From assembly GCA_040954595.2 (NCBI GenBank), contig CM082576.2:13271129-13335128 (forward strand): a stretch of 64,000 nt of DNA, written 5' to 3'. The number at the start of each line of letters is the position of its first letter. Position 1 is the stretch's first letter. Origin of the DNA: Balanoglossus misakiensis (lineage: Eukaryota > Animalia > Hemichordata). Made by a program: the position numbers and the translations under genes. Of this stretch, positions 25,384 through 55,723 are shown piece by piece. The notes beneath the pieces are model-generated. The model searched no databases. It saw only the letters and a list, made by a program, of their open reading frames with translations, and had not been told where the DNA came from.

Positions 25384-27350
25384 GTGGGGTGAGGTATGAG
25401 ATAGGACCTAACCCGTCATTCTTCCTAAATGTGAAATTAAGCCCCGTTAATCAAATTTGTTGATCCACTTCGCCAGAGACTCCGTATTGTGAAAAAAAGT
25501 GTTTAAATTGAATCAGCGCCTGGCGCACTCAGAAAAAATCACGTTCTGATGAATAATTGATGTCAATCTTGTTTTTATATCGTGCCGCTCCATGACGAAC
25601 CCATCAGTGAAAGTTCTTTGCTGAGTCCCCTTAGGTGTATGATTCTTTTATTGCATCTGCGTATAGGGGCAATCGATCACCCATTCATCTTGTCAGAAGT
25701 CGAAAGTCAATAAAATATCAATATTTTTAAACATGGTATAAATTATACACGTATTTGTTTTCTTAATATTAATTTATCTTTGAAATACAAATCCCAGCCA
25801 TAATGAAAATTTCCCAGTACACTTTAGCGCATGTTTTTCGATAGAATTGATTATAATGTTACGATTTGACTTGGGAATTTTATTTCTATTTTAAACAAAC
25901 CCGAGCAGAGTTGTGAAATAATTTCGAGATGATATTAGAAAGACCGATGTGTAGTGCGCCCTCTAGCGACATAACAATGAACGTCTGTCTCGAGTCCGAA
26001 AGGCGCCTTCTCCGCGATCCACCGTTGTGACTGTACAAGACAAGCTGAAGGATTTGCGGGAGGATTTCACGCGATCTGTCCCCCTCCCTTCCCATGTCCT
26101 TAGCAACATCGTCTGTAAACAAAGGAAAATACAAACTTGGCTGCCATGTAAATACTTTTTTGGATCTAGTTTTTGTTTTCTACAGTAGTTCATAAGCACA
26201 CAGAATAAAAAAACTTAAAACAAAGGGTTTTAACGATTTTATTGTGACATGTTGACATATACAAACAGAATTATATTATCCATTGATTTAAACATGACTA
26301 AAATAGCCAGCTGAATTAGATCAAGCAGATTTTCATTTAATAAATATTGTTTTAATAAAAATTCACAGAATTGATTGTGACCAAAATGGAATCAAATAAA
26401 CATATATACATTTTGATTTAATTACAACAGTACTACACTCCAGTGATTTTTTCATAGAAAGTAACTTTTAGAAAAATTGAAAAGGCCATGCTGACAGACA
26501 TAGTTTCTGATACAAATAATAACAGTACTCTCTGCATAAAAATCATCTTTCTTTGACATTTGTATTTGATTTCAACATTCCTCAGTTGTGTGTGATTCAC
26601 AAAGAGAGCGGAACACACATGACATGTAACAGTATGTTCTTTGGCGGTGACTTCCTGTACCATTTCATATCATGCTTCCTGGATCACTGAATACATGTCA
26701 TATCTATCACTGCCCACATCCTTTCCTTGGAATATTTATATTACAAGTTATCCTTTATGCCATGTTGTTTAGTATTTGGCAAACAAAACATCCACCGCTT
26801 CTCAATAGATCCATGAGAACAAAGTTGAAAGTAGTCATTGAACTATATTGAATATTAAAAATATAACTTACAGGTCTGGGATGGTAGCATAAGCTGACAA
26901 AAGTCCCTTAGAAAAAGCTTAACTTAGAAGGCAATGGGAATATAAAATTGAAATTTTTAATATAAAAATATACAAGAGTTTTATGTGATTTCATAAATGT
27001 GCCACTGACAAAATATTCAATAAATTAATCATATATTATAATCATTGGACATGTATTTACAGAATACATAAATTTAATTTGAAATTCATTTACGGGAGAT
27101 CCCTTACATGTGGAATGATTTGTATAAGTTTCTTTTCAAATATCTAAAAAACCTTAGAATCAACAAAATATTACACCACAATTACTTTTAGGAAATTACG
27201 TAAGACATGCAAAAAATCACCACTGAAAATGTCAAACTCTATACAGACAATGTAGACATTGCACAAGACAAAATCCTGAAGGGTGTTTTCTATTTCATGG
27301 CGACCAATACTGTTATGGTGCCCATGCTGAGATTCATCGACACGTTCACC

Positions 27351-30300
27351 TCAATTCTTATTCAAGTTCATTTGTTCCTTTTTCAGGGCTATGCGTGTCT
27401 GTGTATCCAGCTGGTCTTGGAGAAATCCAGTTTCTCTCTTGAGGACATCTCTTTCTCTGGTCACAGTGTTGACTTTGTTCAGCAATTCAACAACCTGTGA
27501 TAAAACAAACAAACAAACAAACAAACAAACATACATACATATAAATAAACAAACAAAAACTTTTTTATACCTTTGCTTCAATTTTCTTCAATATTCCGGG
27601 GCATTGTTTGATGTACACAAAAATCTTAGTTCAAGATGGGGCTACCATCTTCAAGACCTGAACATCCACACCATTCCTAACCCACATATTTCCTGTTGGA
27701 CTGATATGGTAGTTTACTGCAACTGATCTGATGGTCAAAACTCACCTGCTGAGCTGTGGTCTGGGCATGCTTGTCCATTTCTTTCAACTTATTTGTCATC
27801 ACTTGGTGAATCTTCGAATGTTGTACACACTGTGATTCCATTTCTCGGTGCTGTTCACTCAGTCTGTCTAATTTCACTGATAATATGCTGTTCATATCCT
27901 TCAGCTGTTGGACTTCCAGTCTGTGTGAATAAAAAGTACAGCAATGTTGTAAAATTTAATGTATTCATAATAATACAACTGAGACTTTCAAAAACAATAT
28001 TTTCCTCAAAAGATAGCCAGAATGGCATTTCAGAGATAAGCAAGGAGTTGATTGCTACAGAAACGTTACAATCAAAACTATTTGAAGTATATTATGAAAC
28101 CACCACAAAATTCACAAGCTGACACCATAGACAGTAGAACTGTCTAAACTGACACAGACAAACACAACTAAACTGTATAGACTAACACAAACAGTCTAAA
28201 ACAAAGGCCAACTGCTGTCCAAGAATTAGAACACCTCTCACTCTGCCACGTGGTCAGAAAAAGTGTTGCACTCACTTGTATTTATCTGTCAGTTTCTCCA
28301 GCTCATTGGTCAGCCTCAGACATTCTTCTCTCAATTTACCAATCAATGTTTTCTGAGAATTCACCATGGTTTCCAACTCACTTTCACTGAAAGCTAAAAA
28401 CGTTCACTGTTAAAGTACAAATGTATTTTGAAAACAAAAGTACATATGTGTTTTACTGCTCATTATTACAATAGTTTTTGACCAGTAAGGAGTTTTTTTC
28501 ATAGCAATGTTGAAAATCTTTGAATAAAATCAGTAAAATATAGCTACAAAAAGGTACACTTGATCTTTCATTTTGATTTTAAAAGTATACTTGTAAAATT
28601 AGGCAAACATACTGTGTCAGGAAAGCACCCCCTGGACATTTACACAAAGACGTTCCCCACCCACCAGTTTAGGCTATGGGTAGTGTAAGGGTCCATTTGG
28701 AATATTTTCAGGGGGTGACTTTCCTAGAAACAAAGATGACACCGTCAATAAGTTACATACTGTGTTTTGTTTCCAGTTCTTCGATCATATTAATGAGCTC
28801 CTCTTCTCTTTGCTGTGCTCTGTTTGATAAATTCAGGAGTTTGTCATTCCTGGAACTGTGAAGGTTTTCTAGAGTTGTTTGCAGATAGTGCGCCTGAGAA
28901 ACCAACAGAAAAGTAAACATCTTGTCATTATTATGATGCACTAATTTTGTACATGTACATGTATCCTGTATAAATGCCTTGACTCTAAGCTTGCACAATA
29001 CCATATGGCATATTCTGGGATTTTTGTTGTCTGCTTTGGTCCTTTGGTCGAACATGAGTAGTGTCTACAGATATGATTAATTATCAAGCAGCCCGACCTG
29101 TTAAATTGATTCTCATGTTGATATCAAATACGGCTAACTTAACCAGTTAATCTGCAATTTTTGTCTCGAACTCACCGTTTTCTCAACAGCTGACAGTTTT
29201 TCTATCGATCTGACATGGTCTTCTGTGGCTCTGGCTGCCTGTTTCTCAGCTGTGGTCAGACGTCTCTTGACTTCCTTCAGTTCTGTGTGCAACCTTTGGA
29301 TTTCCTAGCAACACATCATGTACACAGATGCAAGACGTCTATTTTTTTAATATACATGTACACTATAGCCTGGAATTTGTCTTTTGTCATTTTAAAATCT
29401 TGACAATGATGAAAGTCTCCAACTCGAACAAACATATTTATAAATGAGTTTTTGAGTAAAACTTGTATAAATATATATTTTGAGCTGACCATTATAACAT
29501 AATGAAAGACCAGTATCTCACCTGTTCCCTTTCTCTAGCTTCCCACAATGCTTTATTCCGGAAACTTTTCAATTGTCTATTGGCCTCATCTCTCTGTGCG
29601 ATTGCTGTAGCATTGCTGAGCTTGATGGTTGCAGTTTTCTGGAGGACAAAATAACATGTGGGGTTTCATACACAGTGTGAAGATGTGAGCGTTTGCATTG
29701 GACTACTGTCCTAAGGCTTATGGAATACATTGTTGATGCAATATTTTGATGCAAAACACAGGAAAGTGTGGTATCTGTTGATAACAGTGGTCTCCTTTCC
29801 AGTGTTTTCCAAAGGTCTATGATAAAAAAACTGACTATAAAAAAGCTGGAACCATAATCTTGACAAATCTTGTAAATTGAGAATGATTTAGCCCCTGGAT
29901 GAATGTTACCAACATACCTTGGTTATATGTGAGCTGTAGTCCGTGATTTGAGACTTGGCTTGTTCCAACTCGGACAGAAGATCCGCCTTTTCTCTGCTGG
30001 TCTTCTCCATTTGATTTTCTGTCATTGTCTGCCTTGCTATCATTGCTTGCAGCTGAAATCATGGAAATACGAACAAAACGTGCACTGAAATGATGCATTG
30101 GTAACATTTTAAACTGAATATAATGGTAGCTATTGGAGTTTTTATCATACAGTCTGCTAGTGCTACTGAATTTTATAAACTAGTAGATGTTATATACCTG
30201 TAGAGCCAATGTAACCAACAAGCTTACCTGTTGCTGAAGATGTTCCATTTGTTTGGCACATTCCTGTCTGTAAAGTTCTTTTTCTTGATCAAACGTCAGT

Positions 30301-33300
30301 TGGTTGTTACCCAACATTTTCTTGTAATTTTCAAGTTGTCTTTGGATTTCATCTTTGAGTTGCTCCTTCTCAACAAGTGCCTGATAAAATAATGAAAACA
30401 AATCGATGATAATAAAATGTGTGGAATATCAAGCATTAACATTATATTGCCCATATTCTGCTTTTTGAAAGAATTGTTAGTTCTTTCAACATTTTAAATT
30501 TAAAAGATGTGAAGGATGCCACCCTAGTTAATAGTCAAACACTCTCTTGGATTGACAGTTTTTCTTCAATTGTACTTTCTCTTTGATTGTTTTATTTGAA
30601 CACATGCAAGCAGTATGCCAAGACTGACTCCAAATCCATGTACATGTACCTGTGTCTTTTCCAGCTGTACTTGTTCAATCAATTCAATACTCCTGGTGAC
30701 TTGTTCATGGGCGTCTGTTTCCCTTCTCCTCATGTCTTCCATCAGGGATTTGAGTCTTGTCACCGTGTTCATCAAGTCATCCCTTTCACTGAGATAAAAC
30801 AAAACAAAACAATGTCATTACAGATAATCTTCACTGTCCAGAGTGGACTTATATACATGTAAGGGAACTTATACCTGAAAACAAATTCTGTGTTCAAAAA
30901 AGATTGTAACCACGTATACAACTGGCATCAATATCATTGAATGCTAACCTTGGTTGTTTTGGAAAATATGATTTGAAATACATGCAACTGCCATGATTAT
31001 ATATAAATCTGCAGAGTATACAGTGGTGCATCCCTGTCAGATATAGTACATGTACCGGGGTAATAACATATTAATCAGTATCTAGCTGTTAGTCTGTTGC
31101 AGTGCAATGATCAAGAGCCTCTTCCAAGATTGCACCTGGATTGACTCTTGAGGCACAAACAGATGGGACTAACTTACCCTGTGAGTCTCTCCACAAGTTT
31201 CACGTTGACATCGATATGAGTGGAGGCAATGACAGCTTCATTTTGTGCACACTTCAAGCAGAATCCTCTCACTGGTGTCTTCTCATCCCTGGTTAGCAGA
31301 CCGTGAGACTCTGACATTCGTAGGTTGGACTTCAAAGTGTCAATGGTGTTCTCTGCCCTCTCTAGCTCATCTCTGTCAGACAACAATGAGAATAGATAAA
31401 TTCACAATCGCGGTCTACTGTAGTGTGGCGGACATCGATAACAGAACAGCCAAGAATCAGCAAAGGTAAGGATCAAGTAAACCCTACATCTGATTTTAAT
31501 CATATTGCTCAATGCCCTTGGTGAGTAGTTATTGGACAGGTTATACAATGTAATTAGACTTTAATATACTAAAAATTTATTCCAGCATATACATGTATAC
31601 TGAGTGATTTTCAATTCCAGTAATGCCATTGACAGAATATTAAATGTACGTCCCTTATTACGTCATTACCTAGCTTCTGCTAGTTGAGATTCCAGTCGCT
31701 TTGTCTTCCCAGAATACAATGCTGCAATTTTCTCCTGCAAAAAATAGTTAAGCATTATGCAACTGGTTTTTCTATGGAATTCAAGTTCACACATGTATAA
31801 CATCATAGTATTTATAATTTTGTATAGTCCACATGTCTAGACAATAAGGTAACGAAATAAGTCAGCATATTTTTGGCACCTAAAAGTCACGTTTGTTGGA
31901 CTGGCAAAAGGAAACTTCCCAGATACCATATGAGGATTCAAGACTTAGTTTTATCATCTGTAGCTATCAACATGTAACACTGCATTTCAAATGATTTTAT
32001 ATTGTAAAAAAGCATGTCAGAGAGTTTTCAGTAATAATAGGCTTCATCAAGTGTATTAAGGAACTCATTATACAAGACAAAGTGGTTTCCGTCGATGTCA
32101 CTCACCAATTCAATTTTATACTGTTCAGGATTTTTAGGGTCAATGACACCAGCAACTTCTAACAACCTCTGAGTTTCAGTACCAGGCCTCTCATCCTTTG
32201 CCATTTTCCTTTCATCCTGTATTGATTTAAACAAAGACAGAATTTCATATCAAAATCGGTTTCCAGTGGGTGAAATCCAGATTTAGAATGAAGCCAGCAA
32301 ATTGCATAATATGACAAAGTAAAATGCATATTCCTATGCATTAATCCATCTGCATTTTTAAGGCTATCACATGACTTCTTTAGTGTCTTTCTCCATAGAA
32401 CACAAACAACATTTTATTCTTTGTTGGCCCACAGTACCGTGACGACACTATACTTATGGTAGTACCTACCGGTATATTTTGAAGAAAAATTACACAAAAG
32501 TTAATTGTAGAACAATTGTCAAAGTACATACCTGTTCACTGTCCTGGTTAAGTACAATTTCCACAACTTTGTTTTTAAGTTCTTCATGCAATCTCGTGTT
32601 TTCGTCCACCACTTCTTCCATCTTAAGTTTGATCATTTTCAGTTCCTCCTAGTAAGGAATACGCAAACTAGAGATCGGTACGGTTTCCCTGAGTCAGTTT
32701 GTCAGTGCCCTCTGACCCTTGCATGTCAGCAAATCACAACGCAATTCTGACTGTGTAGTGACATTTTTTGCAAACACTCAGTATAGGTGTGCTATTTACA
32801 TTAATGCCCCTCGGGTCTTGGGTTTTTTTTATTCCAAATGGGGCTTTTGTCATGTACTGGTATTTGTATTTTGGACTAAAAAATATTTCATTAAAAGGTA
32901 TGACTAAATATGACTTTAAACAATAAGAATACACCTCATCATCTTCAAGTGTGGGAAAAATGAAAACAGATCAGTAAAGGTCAACTTACTTCAATAAATC
33001 TGTTTTTGCCTTGCAATTGATGAATATAGGAGATATAGTTGTTAATCAGCGGCAACAGTTCAGTTGCTCTTGGAAGTGTTTCAACCATACCACTACTACC
33101 AGTGTTCATTCCAGGACTCTGCAACAGAATAAAAGATAGCGTCAATGACACTATGCTTCCATTTTGATGCATTTCACCTATGATAACATGTAATACCCTC
33201 ACAAAAGTAGAATGGTTACCATACAACATTTCAACCACAAAATTAGGCCTTCTGATCTTCTCACCTCTTTATCCACAGCATGTTCGTACATCGGTAACAG

Positions 33301-34811
33301 CAGCTTTGGTCTGGTTCCATCATGTTGACCAAACTTGCTGTCTTGTTCTTTCAGCATATTTCTCAGTCTTTCTACAGCAGTCTCATAGTCACTTGCACTG
33401 GCAAAGTACGAGCGAAGTCTCGGTGACGACGACGGCGACATTGCCTGTTTGCCTTGCCTAACTGGGGATTTACTGAGGCTCTTCTTCAGGTCTTGTAGGC
33501 TGGTACTCGCCCTACCTGAAGTGAAGAAGCAAGATAGCCGCATAATCTATCAAGCTATGATCTGAAACCTATACTCTAAACACTACCAGTACTACTGGTA
33601 GTCATGTTTTACTGTCACTGAGTTACAAAGAATGATCAAGTACATGTATATCCACTATGAAAGGCTAGAAGCTGGTGTTCAAGGTCAATTCTTTTTACAA
33701 GGTCAACCTTCAACCTATTAATGTCTGAATGATGGATCAGAAGCCTTCAAACAAATGACAGAATGCTTTGCTTTATTACTATTGCCTTGTCACTATTGGT
33801 GTTGTCTGTGCAAATTTACAGTTGCAAAGGAAAGCCAATACACTGTAACGTTATTAGTCTTTTAAATTTCGTTTTGGAATAAAAAAAAGTATTAAACGTA
33901 TTTTTCCTTGTCACTGCATAAAATTTAAATAAAGTTAGCAAAATTTCATAGTATCATGGAGCTAATTTCATGAGTACATGTTTGCACTTTTCACTAAATT
34001 TTTAGTATTATTCATTCAGAGTACAAAATTAAATTGTGTAATTTATCCATTGTGTAAACTGCAATAACTGTTACTGTTAAAATGACATAACCAGCTATAT
34101 AAACAATAACAATACATCACTTCACGCTACAGTGCTTTGTGTGGTGTACATAACATTGAACTTTTTGTGTTTCGCATTGAACATGTTGAAGTTGTCCCTG
34201 TGTTTAATTTTGACCTTTCACCTGAAGGTGACTTTGTTACCGTGGTTACGACGCTCTGATTGGCCGAGATTGCAGGAGGGAATGATGGCGGCACATTCTT
34301 ACTAAGCCGTTAGGTTGTACTATAGTGCCTTCAGAAAATTAATTCGTTGGCCGAATAATGTTGCCAGGACACTGTTATATTGCAGTCTACGCCGATATAC
34401 TTATCAAACAGCTTATGAACGACGCTTTCCATAACAATATCCACTTTTGTTACGCAGAAGGACAGTTGACACAAGACTTTGCAAAACCTTCCCCACCCCC
34501 GCGATCGGACACTGTTGAGACCCTGACGTGTACCGACCCCCTCCCGTCAGCACAGTCGATGCAAATTACAGTGCTGCACATAGATCACAGTCACCTCCGC
34601 TTCCCTTCAAACACCACTGGCAATTAAATAACGGCTCAGCCCTGTCATTCTGATCTGGAAAACAAAACTGCTCATCAGCACTGCAGCAGTAGCTAGTACA
34701 TGATGATCTATTTACACTCCAAAGAAACTCGCTTGTAGTACGAGTAAGTAATATCCACACCGTACCTCTGATTGACTTTTGATATTCTGTGAGTACTTCT
34801 AGGTCCTCCAT
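27351..34811 (-). CDS. SDCCAG8: Serologically defined colon cancer antigen 8 (centrosomal/ciliary coiled-coil protein), ~718 aa
   Basis: Sixteen exons with consistent phases: 34811-34766, 33515-33265, 33118-32990, 32648-32532, 32216-32106, 31734-31670, 31372-31178, 30788-30650, 30380-30228, 30052-29918, 29638-29522, 29304-29176, 28893-28761, 28393-28276, 27920-27746 and 27494-27351. Signature motifs LEVLTEYQKSIRGRAS, GFCLKCAQNEAVIASTH...ERDDLM, LIGKLREEC and QCVQHSKIH...MDKH..TAQQ. Confidence 0.93.
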
Positions 34812-35035
34812 GGTGTAAATTTCAAAGATTTAAAGTTCTGATGATGACCCCACCGGCGCTTGTACATTTACAACCTGAAATGAACACCAATCGCCTCCGC
34901 TTGTGTGCGCATGCGTTGTCTAATATGTTGAGGTCATCTGCATCTGGTGACGATTGGAATGTCTGTGTGGTGTTTCTCGCTTGACGAAGTATATCATCTG
35001 TCTGCTGGTTAAGTCACGGGTTTCCTTTCCGACAG
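34812..35035. promoter_or_regulatory. Bidirectional promoter of SDCCAG8 and CEP170, including a probable non-coding first exon of CEP170
   Basis: CpG-rich patch; NRF1-like TGCGCATGCG at 34906-34915; strong plus-strand donor CAG|GTGAGT at 35035/35036. Confidence 0.6.
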
Positions 35036-38000
35036 GTGAGTGAATCACAACGTTTGTTGCTCTTCACTTTTCGCACATTTACGCCAAGGTGCAACTGGCG
35101 CGGGTTTGTCGGCGCGCACTTTTGATCGAGACAAGACGGACGGACCTGTCACTAAAAAAACTGTAGCCAAGTCAATCGAAGGACGCCCCAAGCCCGCACC
35201 GAATTAATTTGTCTTGGGTCCTGTACTGCGACAGACCTTGTGATCGTCACGGATGCAACTTTCAGACATCATTCAAAAGTTCGTTTGGGTGAAAATGTAC
35301 AATATTATCATGTTGACGCAACGAACTGCCATTTTAAAGAAGCAAGTGCGTGACTGAGCATCGTGTAACATGCTCCTGATTATAAATAGACAGCTTCCTG
35401 GGCGGAGGCCCATTTGACAACAAAGCTATACATATCCCTTGAAGGGGTGTTGTTACCGTGATAAAGCTTGTTTGAAAACATGAGCAGTTGTGGTAATATA
35501 CATAAGAATGAATGAAGCAGTCTTTATGATTATGATCAACGTGTTAATTTTTTAGACTAACATAGTTAACAAATAAATAAATGGATTAGACAAGGCCCCT
35601 GTGTTACACTACATCTGTTTGACAAATTTAGCAGAGCATGTCTAATGAAATTGTCATCACTATGATATTTATACCCAATGGTTATGGAGTTTGTACCATT
35701 AGGTCAAAGTGATTACTGGTGGTCAAAGACACTCTCTTGTCAGCTATTTGTAAAATCCTAGCACCATTTAATTGTCAACAGACCAGTTGCAATGCTGCAG
35801 CCCCTAGTATGCTACTGCATATTGAAATCAACAACATCCAGTAGCATTTTGATGTGCAGTGTAATACACATGTATGTAGACATGTCGTGCATGCAAAACA
35901 GAGCAGTTTAGATAATCTGATAAAGTGTGGAGATGAGTATAACCAGCTGCATGGTTTATAGGTTAGTGACTGTCACTATCCTATATAAATTTAGCTAAAT
36001 ATTCCTTTCCTGTCTCTGTGACTGAAAACAGAAAGACTTTTCTTCCTAGAGGATGAATGTAAGAGGAAATGTACAAGAAACTTGCACCACCATATGCATT
36101 TGGAAAATCAGTTTTCAGCATAAAATGAGAGATTGATTGCATTATGGTAAACTGGTAAAATTACATTATAATAAGATTTACACTTTCTTATTTCTAAATT
36201 AATTTTTTAAGGACACCCTTTCCTCAAACTGAGGAAAAGATGTAGCTGATGTAGCTGATTAATTCTTAAAAGTCAAAATTTGAAAATTCAGTGAGTATAC
36301 TTCACTATAGTAAATTATGGTTTCTCATTCCATATATCCCCAGCTTGTCCAGTAACGGTCTAAAGAACGGGTCATTGTATTTGTCAGCTGACAGACAAGG
36401 GGTAGATCAAGCAAGCTGAGATTTGAGATAACACTAGTCCTTGCATGTCATGGAATGTTTGTTTTTTTGGTTAGCATATGCATACAGACATACTACTGTC
36501 TATGGCATATGTAAGAGTTGTCAGAGTCAAGGTAACACAGGCATGTCATCGCACTAATATTCCGTGCATTGTGATTAATAGCCTTGTTTCCCTGCAGAGT
36601 TTGTCAGACACTTCACTAATGTCAACAGGGTGGTTTCGTACCAGCTGAAAGAATAGTTCCTATCCAGCAATTGTCTCGCTTGTCGGAGTTGCAAATGTGG
36701 TACAAATTATGTAACTGGTTGGAAAATGGCATAGTCTCATACTATAGTCAGTTTGTGTCTGTGTTGAAGTTGTCATTTGTCACCTGTTCAGCCATTTCTT
36801 GGATTTCTTAGTTATCAAATCATCCAGTGAAAGTTCTCGTGCATCAAAACAAAGTATGTGTACATTACACAACAATGTATAGCTAGCCATGATACCCTGA
36901 ATCTGCTGTTGCTTGCACTCAGGTGTAAAGAACACAGGTACAGGTACAATGTATATGGCTGACTTGTAAACAAACACAGAAGTCCCAAAGGAAAGTAAAT
37001 GATACAGGTATCAGGAGCACTGGTTAACATTATGACTTTCTAACAATAAAGTTCAGGACATCAAGCTACATGTATAGGGACACCTTTTGTTGTTGGGACA
37101 GTGAGTAGTCTTAAAAGGCAGATTCTGATACCTACATGTGGTGTTGGGCGCCATCTTTCCCTTTGCTAATTCTTGGCTGTTCTGTTCGCAGCTGTTCAGA
37201 AAAGGGCTCACATATAGCCTAACTCTACATCTGATTTTAATCAGATTGCATTGCCACAAGCACCAAGTCATGTCAATAGAAATCAACATTCATAAACGAG
37301 TAGAGAAGTTTAGTTAATTACTCGCCCCAATGGTTAAAAGGGGTGGGAGTGACAGTCATATTGACTGCGGAATCCAAGTGGCACTCCAAATACATGTACA
37401 ATACAATGCTATTTGATGAAATCTTTGAAAAAATTAAATAATTAGTCAACAATATGTTGTTGCATCGGTAAGAACAGCAATGCAGGACATGATTACTTGA
37501 GGTTTAAATACCACTTTCTGTATCCAACTTCCAAGATGGCCGACTGGTATATCCTACGTAGCCATTGAAAGTAACATTTCTTTTGGTGTATCCCATTACA
37601 TTCAGTGTCCATTACCCATTCTTGTACATGCCTAGACCGAGTGTGGGGGTGTCCATGTACGTGTATGAAATAGTTGACAAGATCCAAATCCATGCATGAA
37701 TTTTCTCTTGCGTAAATGTTGTATTTTCACTTCTAATATTGACCATTGACATTGTGGGTTCTGATCACGGGTGTTGATCGTCAGCCTTCAGACCTTATGA
37801 ACTGAAGCCATAAATATAACTGTTACACTTCTTTCATTGTTCAGTTTGTATCCCTGTTTGCAAAAGTTAAAAAAAGTTTAACATGATAATTTTTTGGAGT
37901 TTCAAGCAATATTATATTGCACACTACTACTTGACAGAAGACTATTCTTTGTTCATTGAACCATACAGTATCTGTACATCTTTTTCTTCAGGTCAGATAT

Positions 38001-40740
38001 TAAAGTCAACAAGTTGGCCTTGAACTTGAGGGAATATTTTACTGATTGGAATATTAACATCGAATTACAAATTTACAAGTTTTACCAGGTAACCCACAAG
38101 TCATAGTTATTTTTGTTGACATGCTTTTCTACAAGTTGTCATGGTGATGAGAGTGAACTGTGCTTCATCCTTTAAAGGTTGCCATCTCCTACTGAATTCT
38201 GCCTCCTCACAGCTCAAAAGACTGGATACAATGCTGTGCCCTATAACACGTATAATCTGACACTGGACTGTCTAAAGTTATTGCTGTGAGTAAAAGTGGC
38301 AATGTAAAACCAGTGAACTCTGTAAAGTGATCGCTACAGCTGTTAACCTTTGGTGTATCAAATGGCAGGGACATAATCTGGTGATTAATATTTTCACTGA
38401 CGAGACGGTAATTAACAGGTTGAAAAGTGAGAGCATGTAAGACAGCATGTTGCTGATGATTTCGGTGTAAGGAATTGAGATGAGTCAAAAATCCATTCGT
38501 TGGTAGTACTAAATTTAATTGAATATTAACAAGACTATTTTTAAGCCACTGACATGACTTTTCAAACTTGCACATGTACAAGTTTGTGTTTGGGTTCACC
38601 TCATCTCAGCCGTTCCATTTAAATATTTGTTTGAATTCATTATATGGATTATCTGACTTGTTTAACTGTTCATGTACTGTAAAACAACAAACATCAGGGG
38701 ATCTTTATTTTAAGTTTAATCTTGAATGCACACTTGAAAGCACACTTTAGTCAACTAATAGTGGTGGCAAGCACTACTAACTTTGTGAACTTTCAAAGAC
38801 TTTTGGTTGTTTGAGTTTTAGTGAAGCAGATGACAAATAGCAGTGATGCCCAGCAGTGGCACATTGCCAAGTATTCTGTGCTTGTTCATGGGCCACTTTT
38901 ATCACTTTTAATACCCATAACCAGTTTGTGGTCTCATCCAGTCCATGGGTATACATGTAATACATGTATACTATTAGTTAACATAATACTCCATTTATAT
39001 TTGTGTGGAAATTTTTTTAAAATAAGTTTTTGTTAAATCATACTCAGAAAGTAGAACTGAAACTGTGGCAAAAAAATCAAGAAAAGTCTTTCATCATAGT
39101 CATATCATGTTCTCTTTGTACATGTAATTCACATCACTAATACTTTGATTGGATAATGCAGAACGTCGCTCTTCATGACCTCCTTGCAATAGATTTGGTA
39201 AAATGTTGAAAAGGCAAGCAGCTTGAATTTTCAGTGTATCATCAGTAATTACCAGTACAACAATATCACTTGACCAAACTACTTGTTGCTATTGATAAAC
39301 CTGGAATTGGTTAAACCATTCTAATATTCTTGTACATAGCATGTCACATTGTGCACACAGCCTCTGGTACATGTACCGGTATATGTACACACAGGTCCAG
39401 AGTGCCATGTTGAGTGGAAAACACAAGACATTCCTGCAGCATGTATGCATTTAAATGTGAACTACCTGTAGATCAAAGAAGTCTTTGAGTGTGTGCACAT
39501 AAATTGCAGATGATGCCCAATTGATAGGCTTTGGCAGAGATCCAGCATAAACTGTAGGTCCCACTTCCATGTCTGGCCAATGAATAACAATACACAACTC
39601 GGTGTAAGGAAAGAATAACTACCACATCTATTGAAGACAACTGCTGGGTTAAAAACATAGAGATACAAAGTGGTACTGTCCCAGATTCCTTGTATTTTTA
39701 AAAAGATTTAAACTTAAAGCCCCAGTAGCATCATCTTTTAAACAAGTTAATGTAGCAGTATGCATACAGTACTTGTACTTGCTTTTGTGTTTCTAACATG
39801 ATGTTTCAGGCAATTTTTCGGCTTATTAAATAAATGAGAAAAATAGTTCACTTCACATTTGGTATTATTTTAGGTATTTTCACAGGGTAGCTACATGTAT
39901 GTTGTTCTACCTGTTGCACTTTTCTGAGTCATCTGTTGATACAGCTGAGCTAGCTCACACCCTAGTACATGTACATATGGGCATAAATATAAATAGTATC
40001 ATGACATAATTTTGGTTACTGACTCAGAATAACATCATAGACCAATGTCCATGCCATTATGTTAGTATTATGTTATGTTTGCAAGAAACACACTGAAGTC
40101 CAAATTCAGGTTTGTGCATGTATGTAATAATGTATGCACAAAATTATTTTCAATTACACCAGCCAGCCTGTTACACAGTCACATAATGTTGATTATAAAC
40201 TGCGCAGAAACCATGATCCCCACATTCATGTGTTGATATGCATGTACAGTAACTATTAAAATGATGTAGTGCGGCAACTAACTGACCTTTGTGTAATTGT
40301 CAATCAAATACTGAGCAACACTCAGCGTTCTCTGTTATTTTTAGCTTATAATGTACTCATTGTGGCTTTTGAAATTTATTATTGGAGAATCATGGCAAAC
40401 CCAAGGTGTTAAAAATGAAGTGCAACAGAATTACATACAATGTAATGTGGCTTCATGGAAAAAATTAAGTGGATAGACATTGTTGAAAAAGGTCAGCATA
40501 CAGAGAGAAAAAACAGTCTTTATAATTTTATTAATATGTCACATTTTATATATGCTTAATTTTATGTTGTAATATTTACTCTTTTGCATGTCTTTTTAAT
40601 TTCATTTGTTTATTTGTTTTTCATCATTTATTTTATTTTATGATTTCCAGGTTAATGTAGTAAGACAATAGAGACAAACCATGACAGTTCTTAAGAGTTG
40701 ATGGCTGCTGTTCAGACTCGACCATCATAACAACTCAAAA

Positions 40741-55399
<14,659 letters not shown>

Positions 55400-55723
55400 A
55401 CAATCTGTGAAGACTTTTTTTAGGTCCCAACAGTCAGACAAAGCATGCTGCAGGGCTATGTTTATCGCTAACATAGGTTCCGTTATACAGTTGTCCCAGT
55501 CATTGCATTTGTGTGGACATCATAAAGACTGTCAGCTGACTGGGTTCCTCTAAGGAGAGAGCTAACCAGTATGCAACAGATCAGATTTTATTTTTAATAC
55601 TCACTGTTTGTGTATTTCTGAGTAATCGGTTAACCAACTAGTAAGCTCTGATTTAAGACAAAACGTGTTCAAATTCACCTTGGAAAGTATCAATGCAAGG
55701 AACTCGCAGAGATGACGTCATTA

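Noticed and set aside
25886-26134. CpG-rich segment with a good minus-strand acceptor at 26113 (possible alternative last exon of SDCCAG8 or 5' exon of the channel)
   Set aside because: No recognisable protein similarity and no clear donor; SDCCAG8 already ends properly at 27351. It may simply be the channel promoter region.
35036-40651. Short ORFs in the long 5' intron of CEP170
   Set aside because: AT-rich, with no coherent exon chain or recognisable domains.
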